DNA of 62,741 bases, filler included, from Klebsormidium nitens (taxonomy: Eukaryota; Plantae; Klebsormidiophyceae): NCBI GenBank assembly GCA_000708835.1. It is 6 parts of 6 records of this genome, joined end to end, with 100 filler letters (N's around TTAATTAATTAA, not from the genome) between each part and the next. Parts side by side here need not be neighbours in the genome. Positions count along the whole stretch, not along the records: positions 16,220 to 37,805 come from DF237906.1; positions 37,906 to 42,947 come from DF238457.1; positions 43,048 to 57,953 come from DF238028.1; 3 more parts are not named here. One strand, written 5' to 3'. Positions 32,814 through 44,539 of the stretch are shown here, piece by piece (position 1 is the stretch's first letter; every line of letters starts with the position of its first letter). The notes under the pieces are model-generated. The model worked only from the letters and a program-made list of their open reading frames with translations, had not been told where the DNA came from and searched no databases. A program made the position numbers and the translations under genes.

Positions 32814-35069
32814 TTGAGCCATCATGTGCATCACATTCTCACCCATATGCAGCGCGTTGAGAGCAATCAACAGGAGTTGCCCACAAGTGGTTTACTCATC
32901 AGGGGCCTTTGGGTTGACGACAGCGCCCTTGCTAGAATCCTTCCCGTGTGGTGGTACTATTGGTTCCTAGCGTCGCACAAACACTACCGTTCATGCCCCC
33001 CACTATGTGTTCACAAGTCCAGATATTCAGAGGTCAGTGCAGCAAAAGTTGGTGAGGAGCAATGCAGCGCAACTAGAGTGGAACAGGCCGTTGATGCTGG
33101 TGAGCGTGCTGACGCCAGCAAGGGACGCAGGATTGGACGGAGAAATGTGTTGATATTGGCGGCGCTGACGGTTTTGGTGGGCAACACAGTAATCGGTGCA
33201 TCGCCGGCACACGCATATAGGCCTCCGCCAGAAGGTGAGATACGGCGCAAGAAATTGAAGGAATCTAGTAGGAAGTCAGTTTCAATTGCAGGGTTTATAA
33301 TGTTTGCGCATTTGTTCTGCCTGACGAGAAGTTGGCGTTAAAGGGAGGCTTGCTCCACCTTCAGCGATGGAACAAGCAAGTAATGCAGCGAACGGGCTTT
33401 TGGGACGGAAAGCTGACAGCAAACTCTCGACAATTGATGCTAGGACTTAAGGTCCGGAAAATGGTGGTGGCAGTAGTAATTGAAGTCAGACGTGAGCATT
33501 TTCAGAGACCACTCGACCCCTTGGATGGTGAAGTCTTCGATAGGCAGGCACTCTTTGGTTCCGTGTTGGTAGCGCCCACTTTGAAAGTGCGTGAAGTGGT
33601 GGGCAATCAGGCTGACAGTCCCTGAAAGCCTTTGGGAATGAGAGCTTTCAATGCGATTGTGCGCCCAAAGCGCCCAGATTGACAATTACAATCGCTATTT
33701 GTGGCACCGCCTGCTGCGTACAGTAGCCTGGTTGGGTTGTGCTCAACGCCATACTCCTAGGTTCAGGGCGGCCTTGAAAGATGATTTCAGTGCTTTATTC
33801 AATGATCCTTTCATGTCTTTTGTGAGCACCGAACTTGGAACTCCGTTTATGCCTGGCTTCGTTGATACACAAATCAATTTAGCCGGCTGAGTTGCCTTGT
33901 CCTTTCAAATTGACTAATAGGCCCGGTGCTTGTCTAAGTTAGATTTGAGAGAGTGTACGTAGGGAGCCGATAATTATCAAAGCTAAATGTTATTCGCACT
34001 GCCCAGGTTTGTGCCGGTAAACTGACCGGCTCGACGGCTTCACCCTCCTCCTTCCCGACTACTGGGTATAAGTCCGGGGGAGCGGCGCCGAGGTGCAGTT
34101 CCGCAGCCCCCAGACTGGTGACAAGAACCTGTTTGTCGCGGTTAGCTCGCCTAGTCAACACGGGTTAAGGATTTGGGTTCGCCGGAGGAGAGGGGCAAGT
34201 TTATCAAGAAGCAGTACGTGGCGGAGTACATGTTGACGCGGCTGGGCGTGCGGCGGACGGCGGAGGTCGTGAGTGCAAGCAGTAGAGAGGTGGAGGTGAG
34301 GCAACGACCATGTCTCATCCCGTCCTACTTTTTCTTTCCTTTCGTGTGTCGTTTCAAATGTATCCTCCCTTTGCAGTGGCGATCTTTGCTGTTCCCTGCT
34401 TTCCTTTGCATCTGGGTTTTGCTGTCCTTTCTCTCTGCACCCTTTTCTTGATTCTCAGGTAGACACTTCTACGCTGCTTTTTTTGAGTCTTGTAGAAACC
34501 GCGACAGAGCATATCTTCGTCTGTTATTTGCTGTCGTTCATTTGGAGGATCGTTCTTTCGTACGTCCGCCCTACGAGAAGTTCGACATGTTGGCTTAGAT
34601 GCGGCTCCCTTTTTCGGCATCCCCTCTTGAACCTTTGCACGGCAGCCGCCTTGACTGAGAATTCTTAGCAGAGGTGAATAACATCTGGATTGAAAGACTT
34701 GTTTCTTGGGCTTCCAGACCTTGCAACCAACCAGACCTCGCACAACAGACAGTGAAGTCGGTCTCTATTTTAAAATCCCGTTTGCCTCTTCCGCAGGAGG
34801 GTAAGCCTTACTACCAGATTGAGATGAGCGTCAAGTCAGAGGCGAACTCCAACCAACTGGCGGTCACCCCCAAAGAGACGGTCCCGTTCGTGGAGTGGGA
34901 GAGGAGATACATCACGGTTCAGGCGGTCGAAAATAAGCGGCTATACGAGCTGCGAGTACAAATACCGGCTGATAAATATGCCCAAGAACGGGCGCTTTTG
35001 AAAACGGTGCTAGACTCATTCAGGACATTCCCTGTTGAAAGCTTCGAAGGAGGCAAGCCTCTTGGATAG
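32814..35069 (+). pseudogene. PPD1: PsbP-domain protein 1 (PPD1)-like thylakoid lumen protein, pseudogene; 5' end uncertain
   Basis: Tat-type signal (GRRNVLILAALTVL...PAHA) ends exon 1 at 33234. Exon 34007-34295 reads DGFTLLLPDYWV*VRGSGAEV.FR...DLGSPEE...QYVAEYMLTRLGVRR. Exon 34797-35069 reads KPYYQIE...EWERRY...VENKRLY. TAA stops at 34018 and 34069, plus a frameshift near 34165. Confidence 0.85.
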
Positions 35070-36084
35070 ATTGAGAGCATGGGGGCCCTCCAGTATTTTC
35101 TAATCCGTGGACCTGCATGTGTCCAATTAGTGTCGTGCTGATTGCCCTTCAGACACAGCTCACATGTTCTGCATACGGCAGCATCAGATGACAGCGCTTG
35201 TAAGTCTTCTGGCCACGATTATAACAAGGCCTGGTGGATGGATGCATGACCAGGGCTGCATGCTGCGAGGAACCAATTTGCATGGCGCACATGTCAGCCT
35301 GCGACCGTATGCTGGCTTAACATATATTGTGCTAGAGCTGGCACAATTTAACAATGCCGGCTGCTGTGACCTATAAGGCTAGGCGCCTGAGAACGTAGTG
35401 AAACTTGTCGATGCATGCTCAGTGATGCACATCATATGTGCACATATGAGCTCACATGAGCGCTCATATATGTTCAATCGACCGTTCAGTGCACGCTCCC
35501 GACATTCGCCTGGCACACACGAATTGACTTAAGTATACCGGCCTGCCAGAAAGAGCTCTAAAGATATGGCTATGGCCCATATACTATACCTATATCGCAT
35601 CTCACAAGTATTCAATAAAGGAATATTTGACATTGATGGATGTCGCGACGAACAGGCTTCATCAATGCCTTGCATGATAATTCTAAATGCATACTGACTA
35701 TAAGATGCACTGCATCACCAGATTATTTCATGCATCACTGAATGTTCAATGATCGTTAGCGCAACTCAAATGCTTACTTCGGCGCGGATGTATACATTCG
35801 GACGCAGATGCAGATGCCAAGCTGCCATACGCTTGCAGAGCTCTGAGTCTAAAGGACTGGCCATTTGATCATGAACCATGTGCAACTGCTGGTTCGGGTG
35901 GTCCAATATTGGCCGACTGCGATTTCTAGGGCACTCAGTGCTGGCCCGCTAAACACGTCTCATACTTTTGCGAAGGCTTTACCTTTAAACGTTTTGACAT
36001 GATCTAGCTTGATCTTATGCGGCACCAAATGTTCTAGTCATCCAGCATCGACCAGGGCCGTGGCACACTCTGTATTGAAGCATT

Positions 36085-37100
36085 TCAGCATAAGCATGTA
36101 ATAAGCGCCACAGTGATCTTCAGGCTCATGCCTGAACGACTGGCTTGCCCCATCAGCATCTTCCGAAGTCCGCCGGTATAGCGACTCCTCAGCTTCGCTT
36201 TCAAACTTTGCTGCCTCGCTTTGAAATCGCCCGTCTCGCCCTTCCCGCCAATACTAACCCGATATCCGTTTGAAGCTTCCGGATCATAACCCCACTCGTC
36301 GTCAGCACTCATCTCGTACCCGGTGGGCCGTTCCGGACTGCCCGCAACCCCGTCCGTGCCTGTAGTGCCTTGAGCACCATCCGAATCATGCCACGTGTCA
36401 GCATCTTGAAGGTCCACGTGGGCCTGCTTGTACATAGCGGCGAGCGTGCTGGATTGGTCCACGTAGAGGGCCTTGTGGTGCTGGAGCTGCTTTCGCAGTT
36501 GGGCGTGGACTGCGTACATGTACGGCTCCTCGGGCTAACTGGTGGAATGGAATATGTAAGTTCACGTTTCGACAGGAAACAAGCTTTTGCAGGTAGGGCT
36601 TTGATGTAGTGCCGAGCTTTCTGAGGGAATAGGGCGAATTGAGACTGAGGGGTGAATAGCAGGACTCCTTGAAACGCAAACGTCAGGTTTTTGACTTCAT
36701 GCAAGGCACCAGCGAACAAAAGGTCCCGGTTTTCCCGGCCTTGTACAATCACATAAATGCACCAACTGCAAGAAGGCTTCTGAGCGGTCTGCAAGAGGTC
36801 AAGATACTGAGCACGCTGCAAAGCGACCGGTTGCTGTGCTGACAACAAAGGAGCCTTCTCGGATCAACCACGTTCATTTCACAAGTTGCAAGTGACGGAA
36901 GGACCAGATCCCTGCACGCCGCTCGCTAACGCGGCGTGAGGTTACCAGATGAAGACATGACATTGTCCCGCGGCGCCACGTGGCAGCTCACCGGCTCGCC
37001 ACGTTGACCAGGTACGCCAGCGTGGCCTTGTTCACGACGACCCCCACGTCTTGGATGTCGCCGCCAATCACCTCCACGGAACGTGCGACCTCAAAAGATG
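36085..37100 (-). CDS. Hypothetical spliced gene, 3' exons; 5' part unresolved
   Basis: Coding-like exon ...VEVIGGDIQDVGVVVNKATLAYLVNVASR|gtgagc and a last exon YMYAVHAQLRKQLQHHK... ending at 36085. No domain recognised. Confidence 0.4.
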
Positions 37101-37906
37101 CAACGCTGTTCATTACCATCCGACTCCACTGAGCTAACCCACCTTGTGTGTCACCTATGGGAGTATGACTTGGTAAAGGAAGACAACATGGGTAGCGTTG
37201 ATGCTTTAAGGGAGTGCGTGCAAACATTTCGGAGAAACTTTCAACGTAGCGCAACAAGATTGGGGGAAGTTGGAATGCCAATCGGCAACAGCCACTTCGA
37301 TGGGTGTGCTTATAATAAGCAGGTAAGGCGCTTTACCGTGTACATGGCTTGGAAAACCTCTGCTCTGGATGTTGTGATCGTTCTGCGTCGGACATAGGCA
37401 GCCTTGTACGCTGCCCATGGCAGATCCTACATCGCATACCAGCGTGCTGCTGCCTGTATCACTCCATCAACACCCATCATAAGCGGCCTCCACTGATCAC
37501 GGATGTGTTTTGATTGTCCGCACTCGCTATGCAGCCTGAAAAGTCCTTTTTCTTCCACCGGGGATCTTCTCGTCCCCTGTTAAGAGATCCTACTAGGCCT
37601 CGTCCCTAGCACAGATACTTCCCCTCCCATTTCTTGATCTCCCCACGCCGAAAAAGGGCCTTCCTGGTATACAAGCAGCTCCAACAATAGGGCCTGGTCC
37701 CCAACCAAGGCACCTTTTTCGCGCCTTGCTGTACTTGTGACGGTTGGACAGGGTCACACGCTGCCTGTCTACTTCACATGTGCGGAAACCATGCGAAGCT
37801 TCTCANNNNNNNNNNNNNNNNNNNNNNNNNNNNNNNNNNNNNNNNNNNNTTAATTAATTAANNNNNNNNNNNNNNNNNNNNNNNNNNNNNNNNNNNNNNN
37901 NNNNNC

Positions 37907-38464
37907 ATGCCGTCAGGCTGGGCCCACTCAGTGGTTACAATGGAAGATGCGGTTGGCTTGGCTGGCAACTATTTATCGCGTGAGAATTTGGCTGGAATAG
38001 ACTTCGCGTTATTGGAGGAGGCGCGGTCAGCTGGTTTCGAAGGATACGAGCTCTTACAGTTCGTTGCCAACCATAAGAAGCAGGTTGCAAAAGACATGGG
38101 AGTTACAGTCAGGGGCCTTGATCGCATGCAGCGCGAGGCTCAGGAAAGTGGGGCAGCGGCCATGGATGCAGAGGGGGAAAGATTGACGAAAACGTTCCAA
38201 GCAAAGCACACCAAAAAAAGCGGGCGGGGCAAACAGAAGCAAGGAAAGGGGAAAAGTGTCCGCAAAGTTGGGCGCAACAGGTTCTGCAACCATCCAGAGC
38301 ACGACCCAAACTGTGCAAGGACGCTCAGGGAGCGTGGTGTCCCGGGCGTCTGGTATGGCAAGACGGTCACGATGTGCAGGGCGTGCGAGTCGAGATTTAG
38401 GAGTTCAAAGAAGCTGCATGAAGGGGACCTTGCGACACACTTGGGACTTGGCCCAAAGGATTGA
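37907..38464 (+). CDS. ORF fragment with a JmjC-like C-terminal strand and a Cys/His cluster; 5' end in gap
   Basis: MPSGWAHSVVTMEDAVGLAGNY resembles JmjC VPSGWWHAVLNLED.VA.T.NF. It is followed by a basic stretch and CNHPEHDPNC...WYG..VTMCRAC. Confidence 0.55.
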   Translation: MPSGWAHSVVTMEDAVGLAGNYLSRENLAGIDFALLEEARSAGFEGYELLQFVANHKKQVAKDMGVTVRGLDRMQREAQESGAAAMDAEGERLTKTFQAKHTKKSGRGKQKQGKGKSVRKVGRNRFCNHPEHDPNCARTLRERGVPGVWYGKTVTMCRACESRFRSSKKLHEGDLATHLGLGPKD

Positions 38465-39197
38465 AAAGGGCGCTCGATTGCTGTGTAGACAAGAGTAGTT
38501 GTTGCCTCAAGACAGAGTGAGTGGCACTTAAATGAAATGGTCAGTGTACCTCGCTTGCGAACTGATCAGTACAACAATTTGAAGGTCACACGTCGTACTC
38601 AGCAAGTACCCTGTGTGTATTTCGAGCAGAACGTATGCTGCTCCTTTCGACAGATGACGTAAGTGCGATGCATATGGATGTGTCTCAACGCTTGTATATA
38701 TACAACTTTGCATGTATCTTTATTTGCAAGTACAAGCATAAGGTCCAGCTCATAATACATGTGTCACATACAAGCGAATGTATACATCCTCGGAATGAAA
38801 GTTGCCATTCGAAGCAACCGAGACTCGTATGATGGAGTGCAACAAAGTGAAAATGGCTGAAACCGAGCAAGAGGAGATCTGTATTTGCGGATGACCGCTT
38901 AACGTCCTATTGATCATACGTGTGTCACATGCGAGCGAATGTACATGCTCGAATGAAAGATGCCGTTTGAAGCAACCACGGGTAGAAGTGCAAAGAGCAA
39001 TAAAGTGCAAAGTGCAAAGTGCTGGAACTTACGAAGCAATTGAGTGCGAAATTTCGGAAGCACTTAGAATTCGTGTGCAAATAAAATAGCCTAATGTTTT
39101 GAAACCACTGAGCTCATTGAAACAGTAAACATGTAAGCTACTCCTGATCATTATCGGACTGGACCAAACTGTTGCTACATTCCGTGGTCTATCTGCT

Positions 39198-40706
39198 CTA
39201 TTCATCAACTTCCATCTCGTCCTCGGACTGTACTTGGATGCCAACCGAGCTAGCATTATGGGCCCGCTCTTGGTCGTACAGAAGCCTGCAGAGGGTTTCG
39301 CGGTATTGAACCCCAAGTCGGTACGCAGTCTTCTCCTCAACTGGCTCATCCTCGTCAAGATCAACTCCATCGGAGCCCAAGTCTGTCCCAACTGGCCCAC
39401 GCGCGTTGCTTCGAGGTGGCGGCTGGTGCTCGACATCGGATGGGGTGTTCATTGAAGACGCTGCGCCAAGGATCTCGTTCGCTTCGCGGTACCACTCCTC
39501 ATTGATCTCGTCCTTGTGCACTTGGCAGATGTTGTGGAGGACGAGACAACAAGCGATGAGATTGGGAGCGAAAGCGGTGTCGACGTCCAAGCGCTTGAGG
39601 AGAATGGACCAGCGAAGCTTTAAGATTCCAAAGGCGCACTCCACGGGCATTCGAGTGCTGCTTTGAATGAAGTTCCAGAAAGCACGCTCTCTGCTGAGAC
39701 CCTCTTTGCACCCCAAGAAGGGAGTAAGCATGTAGGTCCGGGGTTGGTATGCTGCGTCACCAACTAGAGAGAACCCTTGCAGAGACCCATCCTCGCAGCG
39801 ATCAAAGGCCTTGCTTCGCTTGAAGAGATTGTAGTCATGAAGACTACCAGCCCACCCAATATCGTAGTTCCAGAAGCAGCTATTGAAGTCAACTATGCCT
39901 TGGAGTAGGATAGAATGATACCCTTTCCGATTGTAGTAATCCGCTGGCCACTCTCTAGGGGCAATGATTGGAATATGGCTGCCATCTATTGCCCCCACTA
40001 CCCGAGGAATCCCTCTCAGGCGCATGAATCCACTTGCCATCTTCCTAAGCTCTGGCAGGGTGCTGGGCCACTTTAAGTACTGAGGTTTCAAGATGGACAG
40101 CACAGCATCCACAAATTCATGCAGAATGTTGGTCACTGTGCAGCTCCCTATGCCAAACATGTCCGAAATGACATTGTTGGTGGTCCCGTGAGCTAGCTTG
40201 TACATCACAGCTGCTACCTTTAAATGGACAGGCAATGGCTCCCTCATTCTAGTTGATGCTCTTGTAAGAGCTGGAGCGAGCTCTCTACATATTGTGAGAA
40301 AGATGTCCTTGCTCATCCGCATTCTGCTTTTGAACATTTTGGCGTTGTATGATCCCAGCAAGAAGACGTCGCAGAACTCAGATTGCCTTGGAAAGCTCCG
40401 AGCTTCCTTTACTGCATACTGAACAGAGCCCAACCCTGTCGTCAGCAAGACGTTTCCCATCAGCATGCCCGCTGGAACTATAAAGAGCTGTGCCCTGGCT
40501 GCCACGATGGTAGTCTCGGTAAGAAGGCTAACGATGAGCAGGACAACCTCCATGGCAGTTACGCAGAGCACTTGCCTAACTGCTTCAGATGCCATGATGA
40601 ACGCTGTAGCTGAGCAGTACTGCGGCGGGCCTTTGCAGGAAGAGACCTCGGGAACTGCAGCTGGAACGAAGCTTTCATCAAGATTTGACGCTTTGGTACA
40701 GCTCAT
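39198..40706 (-). CDS. PIF/Harbinger DDE nuclease #2
   Basis: GAIDGSHI, HSILLQGIVD, LVGDAAY, RMPVECAFGILKLRW and CLVLHN. Confidence 0.93.
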   Translation of the reverse strand: MSCTKASNLDESFVPAAVPEVSSCKGPPQYCSATAFIMASEAVRQVLCVTAMEVVLLIVSLLTETTIVAARAQLFIVPAGMLMGNVLLTTGLGSVQYAVKEARSFPRQSEFCDVFLLGSYNAKMFKSRMRMSKDIFLTICRELAPALTRASTRMREPLPVHLKVAAVMYKLAHGTTNNVISDMFGIGSCTVTNILHEFVDAVLSILKPQYLKWPSTLPELRKMASGFMRLRGIPRVVGAIDGSHIPIIAPREWPADYYNRKGYHSILLQGIVDFNSCFWNYDIGWAGSLHDYNLFKRSKAFDRCEDGSLQGFSLVGDAAYQPRTYMLTPFLGCKEGLSRERAFWNFIQSSTRMPVECAFGILKLRWSILLKRLDVDTAFAPNLIACCLVLHNICQVHKDEINEEWYREANEILGAASSMNTPSDVEHQPPPRSNARGPVGTDLGSDGVDLDEDEPVEEKTAYRLGVQYRETLCRLLYDQERAHNASSVGIQVQSEDEMEVDE

Positions 40707-40819
40707 GCAGTTTGTGGCGCCAAGTCGATGAATTTTTGAATGGCGCGGGAGAGGTTTAGGGGTTTGCCTGCCACCGTGGCACGTTTGAGACTCTTGTGCC
40801 GGCGGTTGTGCCGCGACGC

Positions 40820-40943
40820 AGTTTCACTGGCGGCCGGCAGAACTGCAATTTTTTCGCATTTTTTGGACTTCCGGGCAAGTTCCAGGCACCAAATAATTAA
40901 ACTTAATGTTGTGCCGTCCGCCGCTAGTGAAACTAGAGCCTTA
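40820..40943. repeat. Probable Harbinger #2 terminus: imperfect inverted repeat, terminal GCC and TTA target site
   Basis: AGTTTCACTGGCGGCCGGCA (40820-40839) is inverted relative to TGCCGTCCGCCGCTAGTGAAACT (40912-40934). The segment ends ...AGAGCC|TTA at 40940/40941. Confidence 0.5.
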
Positions 40944-43267
40944 GGCTTAGCCTTAGCCTTAGGGGGACAGCGTATGGTGCGTGCACAACCTAGCCGGATT
41001 CAGTGAGGGCGGCCGTCGCCACTCCGTGATCGGAATCCTTGTTGACTTTGCCTGTACTGCGGTTTGAAAAGTCGGCGTACCATCTACCGGTAACCGTACC
41101 TACTACGCGTCAGCATGTGCTCAGCTACCTAGATTCCGACAGGGCCCTGCGCAGTGCGCATCCGGCATTTGTGGGCTGGGGTGCAAACAAGATGTTGCCC
41201 TAGGGTGCTTTTACGCCCCAGGGATGTATCCGGGGGCGCTTGGCCATTTCCCCGGGGCGCAAGCCCCGATAGGGCTGTTACACTTGAACATGGTGCGATC
41301 GAGACGACCCCCGGTCAGCCGATCAGGCTCGCCGGGCAAATGCCCTGTTGGTTTCATTGCTCGGATTTGGCAGCTGCCGGACGCAGCCGGAGGCCCCGGT
41401 TCGGTCGGGGGTTCGCGTTCGAATGCTGGATTGGGTCGTAAAGTGCCCGACCCGAGGGCCATCCGGTTGTGTGGCAACCCGATCAAGATTTCTTACATGC
41501 CTGATCAGGTCAGCCGGAGGTCCGGGTGATGGGTCTCGGGCCGTTTTTTTTCGCAACTAAATCTCAAGTGTAACAACCGGCCTACCATGCCCCCTTCAGG
41601 TTTGAGCCGAAGGCCCTGGGGCCGGCGCTGCTGCGCTAGGGGGCTTTCGCTCGGCGGCTCTCTGTCCCGGCCCTGTTGTGCGTTTCGCGGCCCGCCCGCA
41701 ACGGTCAACCCCTGCCCGGCGGCTTCCGTGCGATGCCACGTGGCGCCTCACGGTGCAATGGTAAATTTCGGCCAGTGTGAAGATTGATTAGGGTTCACGC
41801 AATTTAATGGGTAGGTTCATGACTATAAAGCAGCACAAGCTAGATACAATATACAAGCATTCCAATCTGATACAGGCATATGCATCTTCTCGAATTATAC
41901 GGACCGAGATGATCCGCTCTGCCTTCCTGTCCCCAAAGTGATACAATTTGCACATGTGAAAGCACAGCAATTGAATGACAGAAAGGATGGTGCTTGGACA
42001 GTGGGGGAAGCTGACAGCCCTTCCTCGTGTGTCCACCTGCCTTTCTCCGAGCAAATGGCCATTTGAATATAGAGCATGATCATTCATTGCAAGCATGTGT
42101 GAGTAATAAGATTGACTGATTGAAAGAAAGAAACAGGCCTGCCCGTCTTATTTATGATTGCTGTCTGGATGGATTGTCCTGATTGAATATAGAATCCAAT
42201 CTCGCTACTGTAGGACGTAAACTTATTCTATGGAATGACTATTGCTTGGGGGCTGGGCCAGAAAGAGAACATCAAGAACAGCAATGCAGTCCCTGTGTGT
42301 GCCTAAGCTGATTCTGTGCATTCAATTTGAACAAGCATAAAAAATTTTCATGCATTTTCAAAGGAGTTTTCCCGCCTTCCTAAGAGCTTCCGCATTGATT
42401 AGAATTTTGGTGCCGGGGGGATAAAGTGTCATACCTGACAAGGAAAGGAGAGAGAGAAGGGTTGTCAGTAGTCCACCTGCGCAGAGTCTTCAGAAGCTTG
42501 GCCAGTCAGCAGAGGAGCAGTCTCATAAGAGTCTTCGTGCATGTCCAAAATCATGAGAAGGGCCCCTTTCTGGCCCAGCCCCTTTGCTTGCGTCGCTGTC
42601 TCGTGTCTATTTGCTATCAGTCCTAGGAAGGAAGCACCTGTTTGCTTTGTTTGCTGTAGCTAAAAGTGACGAAGGTTTCTGTTCTGTCTTGCGAAGGAAG
42701 AAGATTGCTTGCTAGACAAAGAACGGAGATTTCCTTCATCGCGAAGTTGAGGCAGCGCGCGACTTCAAACGTACACTTATTGACGTGGCAGACTCTGACT
42801 GGGCTAGAATTGCTCAGATAATTCCGACCGTCCGATTTCGGTCTGACGCTGCAATTAAAAATCGAGGGTTTAACGTACGTACACCTGGACTGTGTGCCTC
42901 GGTTGTAACGATTACGACTGGTTAAGCCTAACCTCGTTCTCGACAGGNNNNNNNNNNNNNNNNNNNNNNNNNNNNNNNNNNNNNNNNNNNNTTAATTAAT
43001 TAANNNNNNNNNNNNNNNNNNNNNNNNNNNNNNNNNNNNNNNNNNNNCCACATGTTCCGGTCGGTACAGCCGTCCAGATTTCGGACACGTGGGACGCAAA
43101 TCAGACCGCCCTCATCTTTTTCAGCTGGTCCGACGTCCGAACAGTGGCTAGACCAGCCTAGCGAGACTGGCGAGGGCCAGGTGATACCTTCTGGTTTACC
43201 ATCTGCATTAACACAATTCGAGTTTGCATAGAGCCCTCGTTCGATTTTTCGAGAAAGGGCGCTCATC

Positions 43268-44482
43268 ATGAGATTATACGAAAGGATCATGGACATGGGC
43301 CGTGCAATGTTCATGATCATGGTTGTAATTGCGGGACACGTTGAGGATTATAGCATAGATGTAGGGGGAAGAGATTGGTGGGTATTCCCAAAGCAACAAA
43401 CAGAGTGGGACGTCATCCAAGGCGAAGTATGGAGGATGTCCCCAGCCTTACTCGATCAGAAATGGATTGAGAATTACAGGATGTCATACATGACATTTGA
43501 AGAGCTAGTCGAGGAGCTCCGGCCTTACATAGAACATCAAGATACCAAATGGAGAAAGGCCACAGATGTGCACAAAGCAGTGGCAATGGTTCTTTTCCGG
43601 TTGGCAACGGGGTATTCTCCCAAGCATGTGGGGCGCTTCTATGGCGTTGGAGGAAGCACCGTTATTAAATACACCAATCTGATTGTAGATGCACTTTCCA
43701 ATCCCAACAAACTGCTCAATAAGCACATACAAATTCCAACGGCGGGCAACCTAAAGAGAATCATTGGTCGATTCAAAAGGGGGACTGGCCTGGACAATAT
43801 GGCGGGCGCAATAGATGGATCTCATATCAAACTCTACAGAAAACCACCCAATCATGAAGTTCCGGCTCAATACTGGAGCCGGCACGACTTTCACTCCATC
43901 CTATTGCAGGGAGTATGTGACTATGACCGGGTCTTCTGGAGCGTCTGCGCACGACAACCCGGAGGATGCCATGATGCCACCCACTTGAGGAGGTCTTCGA
44001 TCTGGGAACAATTGAGAGGGGGCACAGTGTTACAAGAACCAGTCGTGCGCATAGAGGGCAAGGACGTGAAACCATACATAGTTGGAGATAGTGCATACCC
44101 AACCATGTCCTTTCTGCTCAAGGCATTTAACAATAGAGCAACCGGCAGTCCCGAGCAGAATCTCTTCGATAAGTATCTCAGGAAAGGTAGAGTGAAGATT
44201 GAAAATGCCTTTGGTATTCTGAAAAATAGGTGGCTCATCCTCAAAAACCTTAATGTAGGTCTTCATATGGCACCAAAGGTAACCATTGCTTGTTGTGTGC
44301 TTCACAACATCTGTCAAAGAGCAGGAGAACCAGGGGACAATCCTGAAGTTCTAGATCCACATCCAAACGATTTGCACAATGCACCCATCCCTCCGCTGCA
44401 GTCTGAGTACAGCAGTAAAAGAGTAGGTCAAAATATCAGATCTGCGCTCTTCAGAGACTTTACAGCTAGAAACATTGAGTAA
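43268..44482 (+). CDS. PIF/Harbinger DDE nuclease #3
   Basis: GAIDGSHI, HSILLQGVCD, IVGDSAY, RVKIENAFGILKNRW and CCVLHN. Confidence 0.94.
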   Translation: MRLYERIMDMGRAMFMIMVVIAGHVEDYSIDVGGRDWWVFPKQQTEWDVIQGEVWRMSPALLDQKWIENYRMSYMTFEELVEELRPYIEHQDTKWRKATDVHKAVAMVLFRLATGYSPKHVGRFYGVGGSTVIKYTNLIVDALSNPNKLLNKHIQIPTAGNLKRIIGRFKRGTGLDNMAGAIDGSHIKLYRKPPNHEVPAQYWSRHDFHSILLQGVCDYDRVFWSVCARQPGGCHDATHLRRSSIWEQLRGGTVLQEPVVRIEGKDVKPYIVGDSAYPTMSFLLKAFNNRATGSPEQNLFDKYLRKGRVKIENAFGILKNRWLILKNLNVGLHMAPKVTIACCVLHNICQRAGEPGDNPEVLDPHPNDLHNAPIPPLQSEYSSKRVGQNIRSALFRDFTARNIE

Positions 44483-44539
44483 TTGTGAGCTAATGTTCTT
44501 CCCATGTGCAAAGTCTTTGGATTCGAAACCCTCTTACCT

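Noticed and set aside
35432-35449. 18-bp perfect palindrome TCATATGTGCACATATGA
   Set aside because: It is isolated, in CATG/TGCA-rich intergenic DNA where such palindromes arise easily.
38761-39022. Two ~65-bp direct repeats 160 bp apart and (AAAGTGC)3
   Set aside because: Ordinary local duplication in non-coding DNA with no functional signal.
40939-40962. Telomere-like (SCTTAG)4
   Set aside because: Only four imperfect units; better explained as Harbinger TTA target-site stacking.
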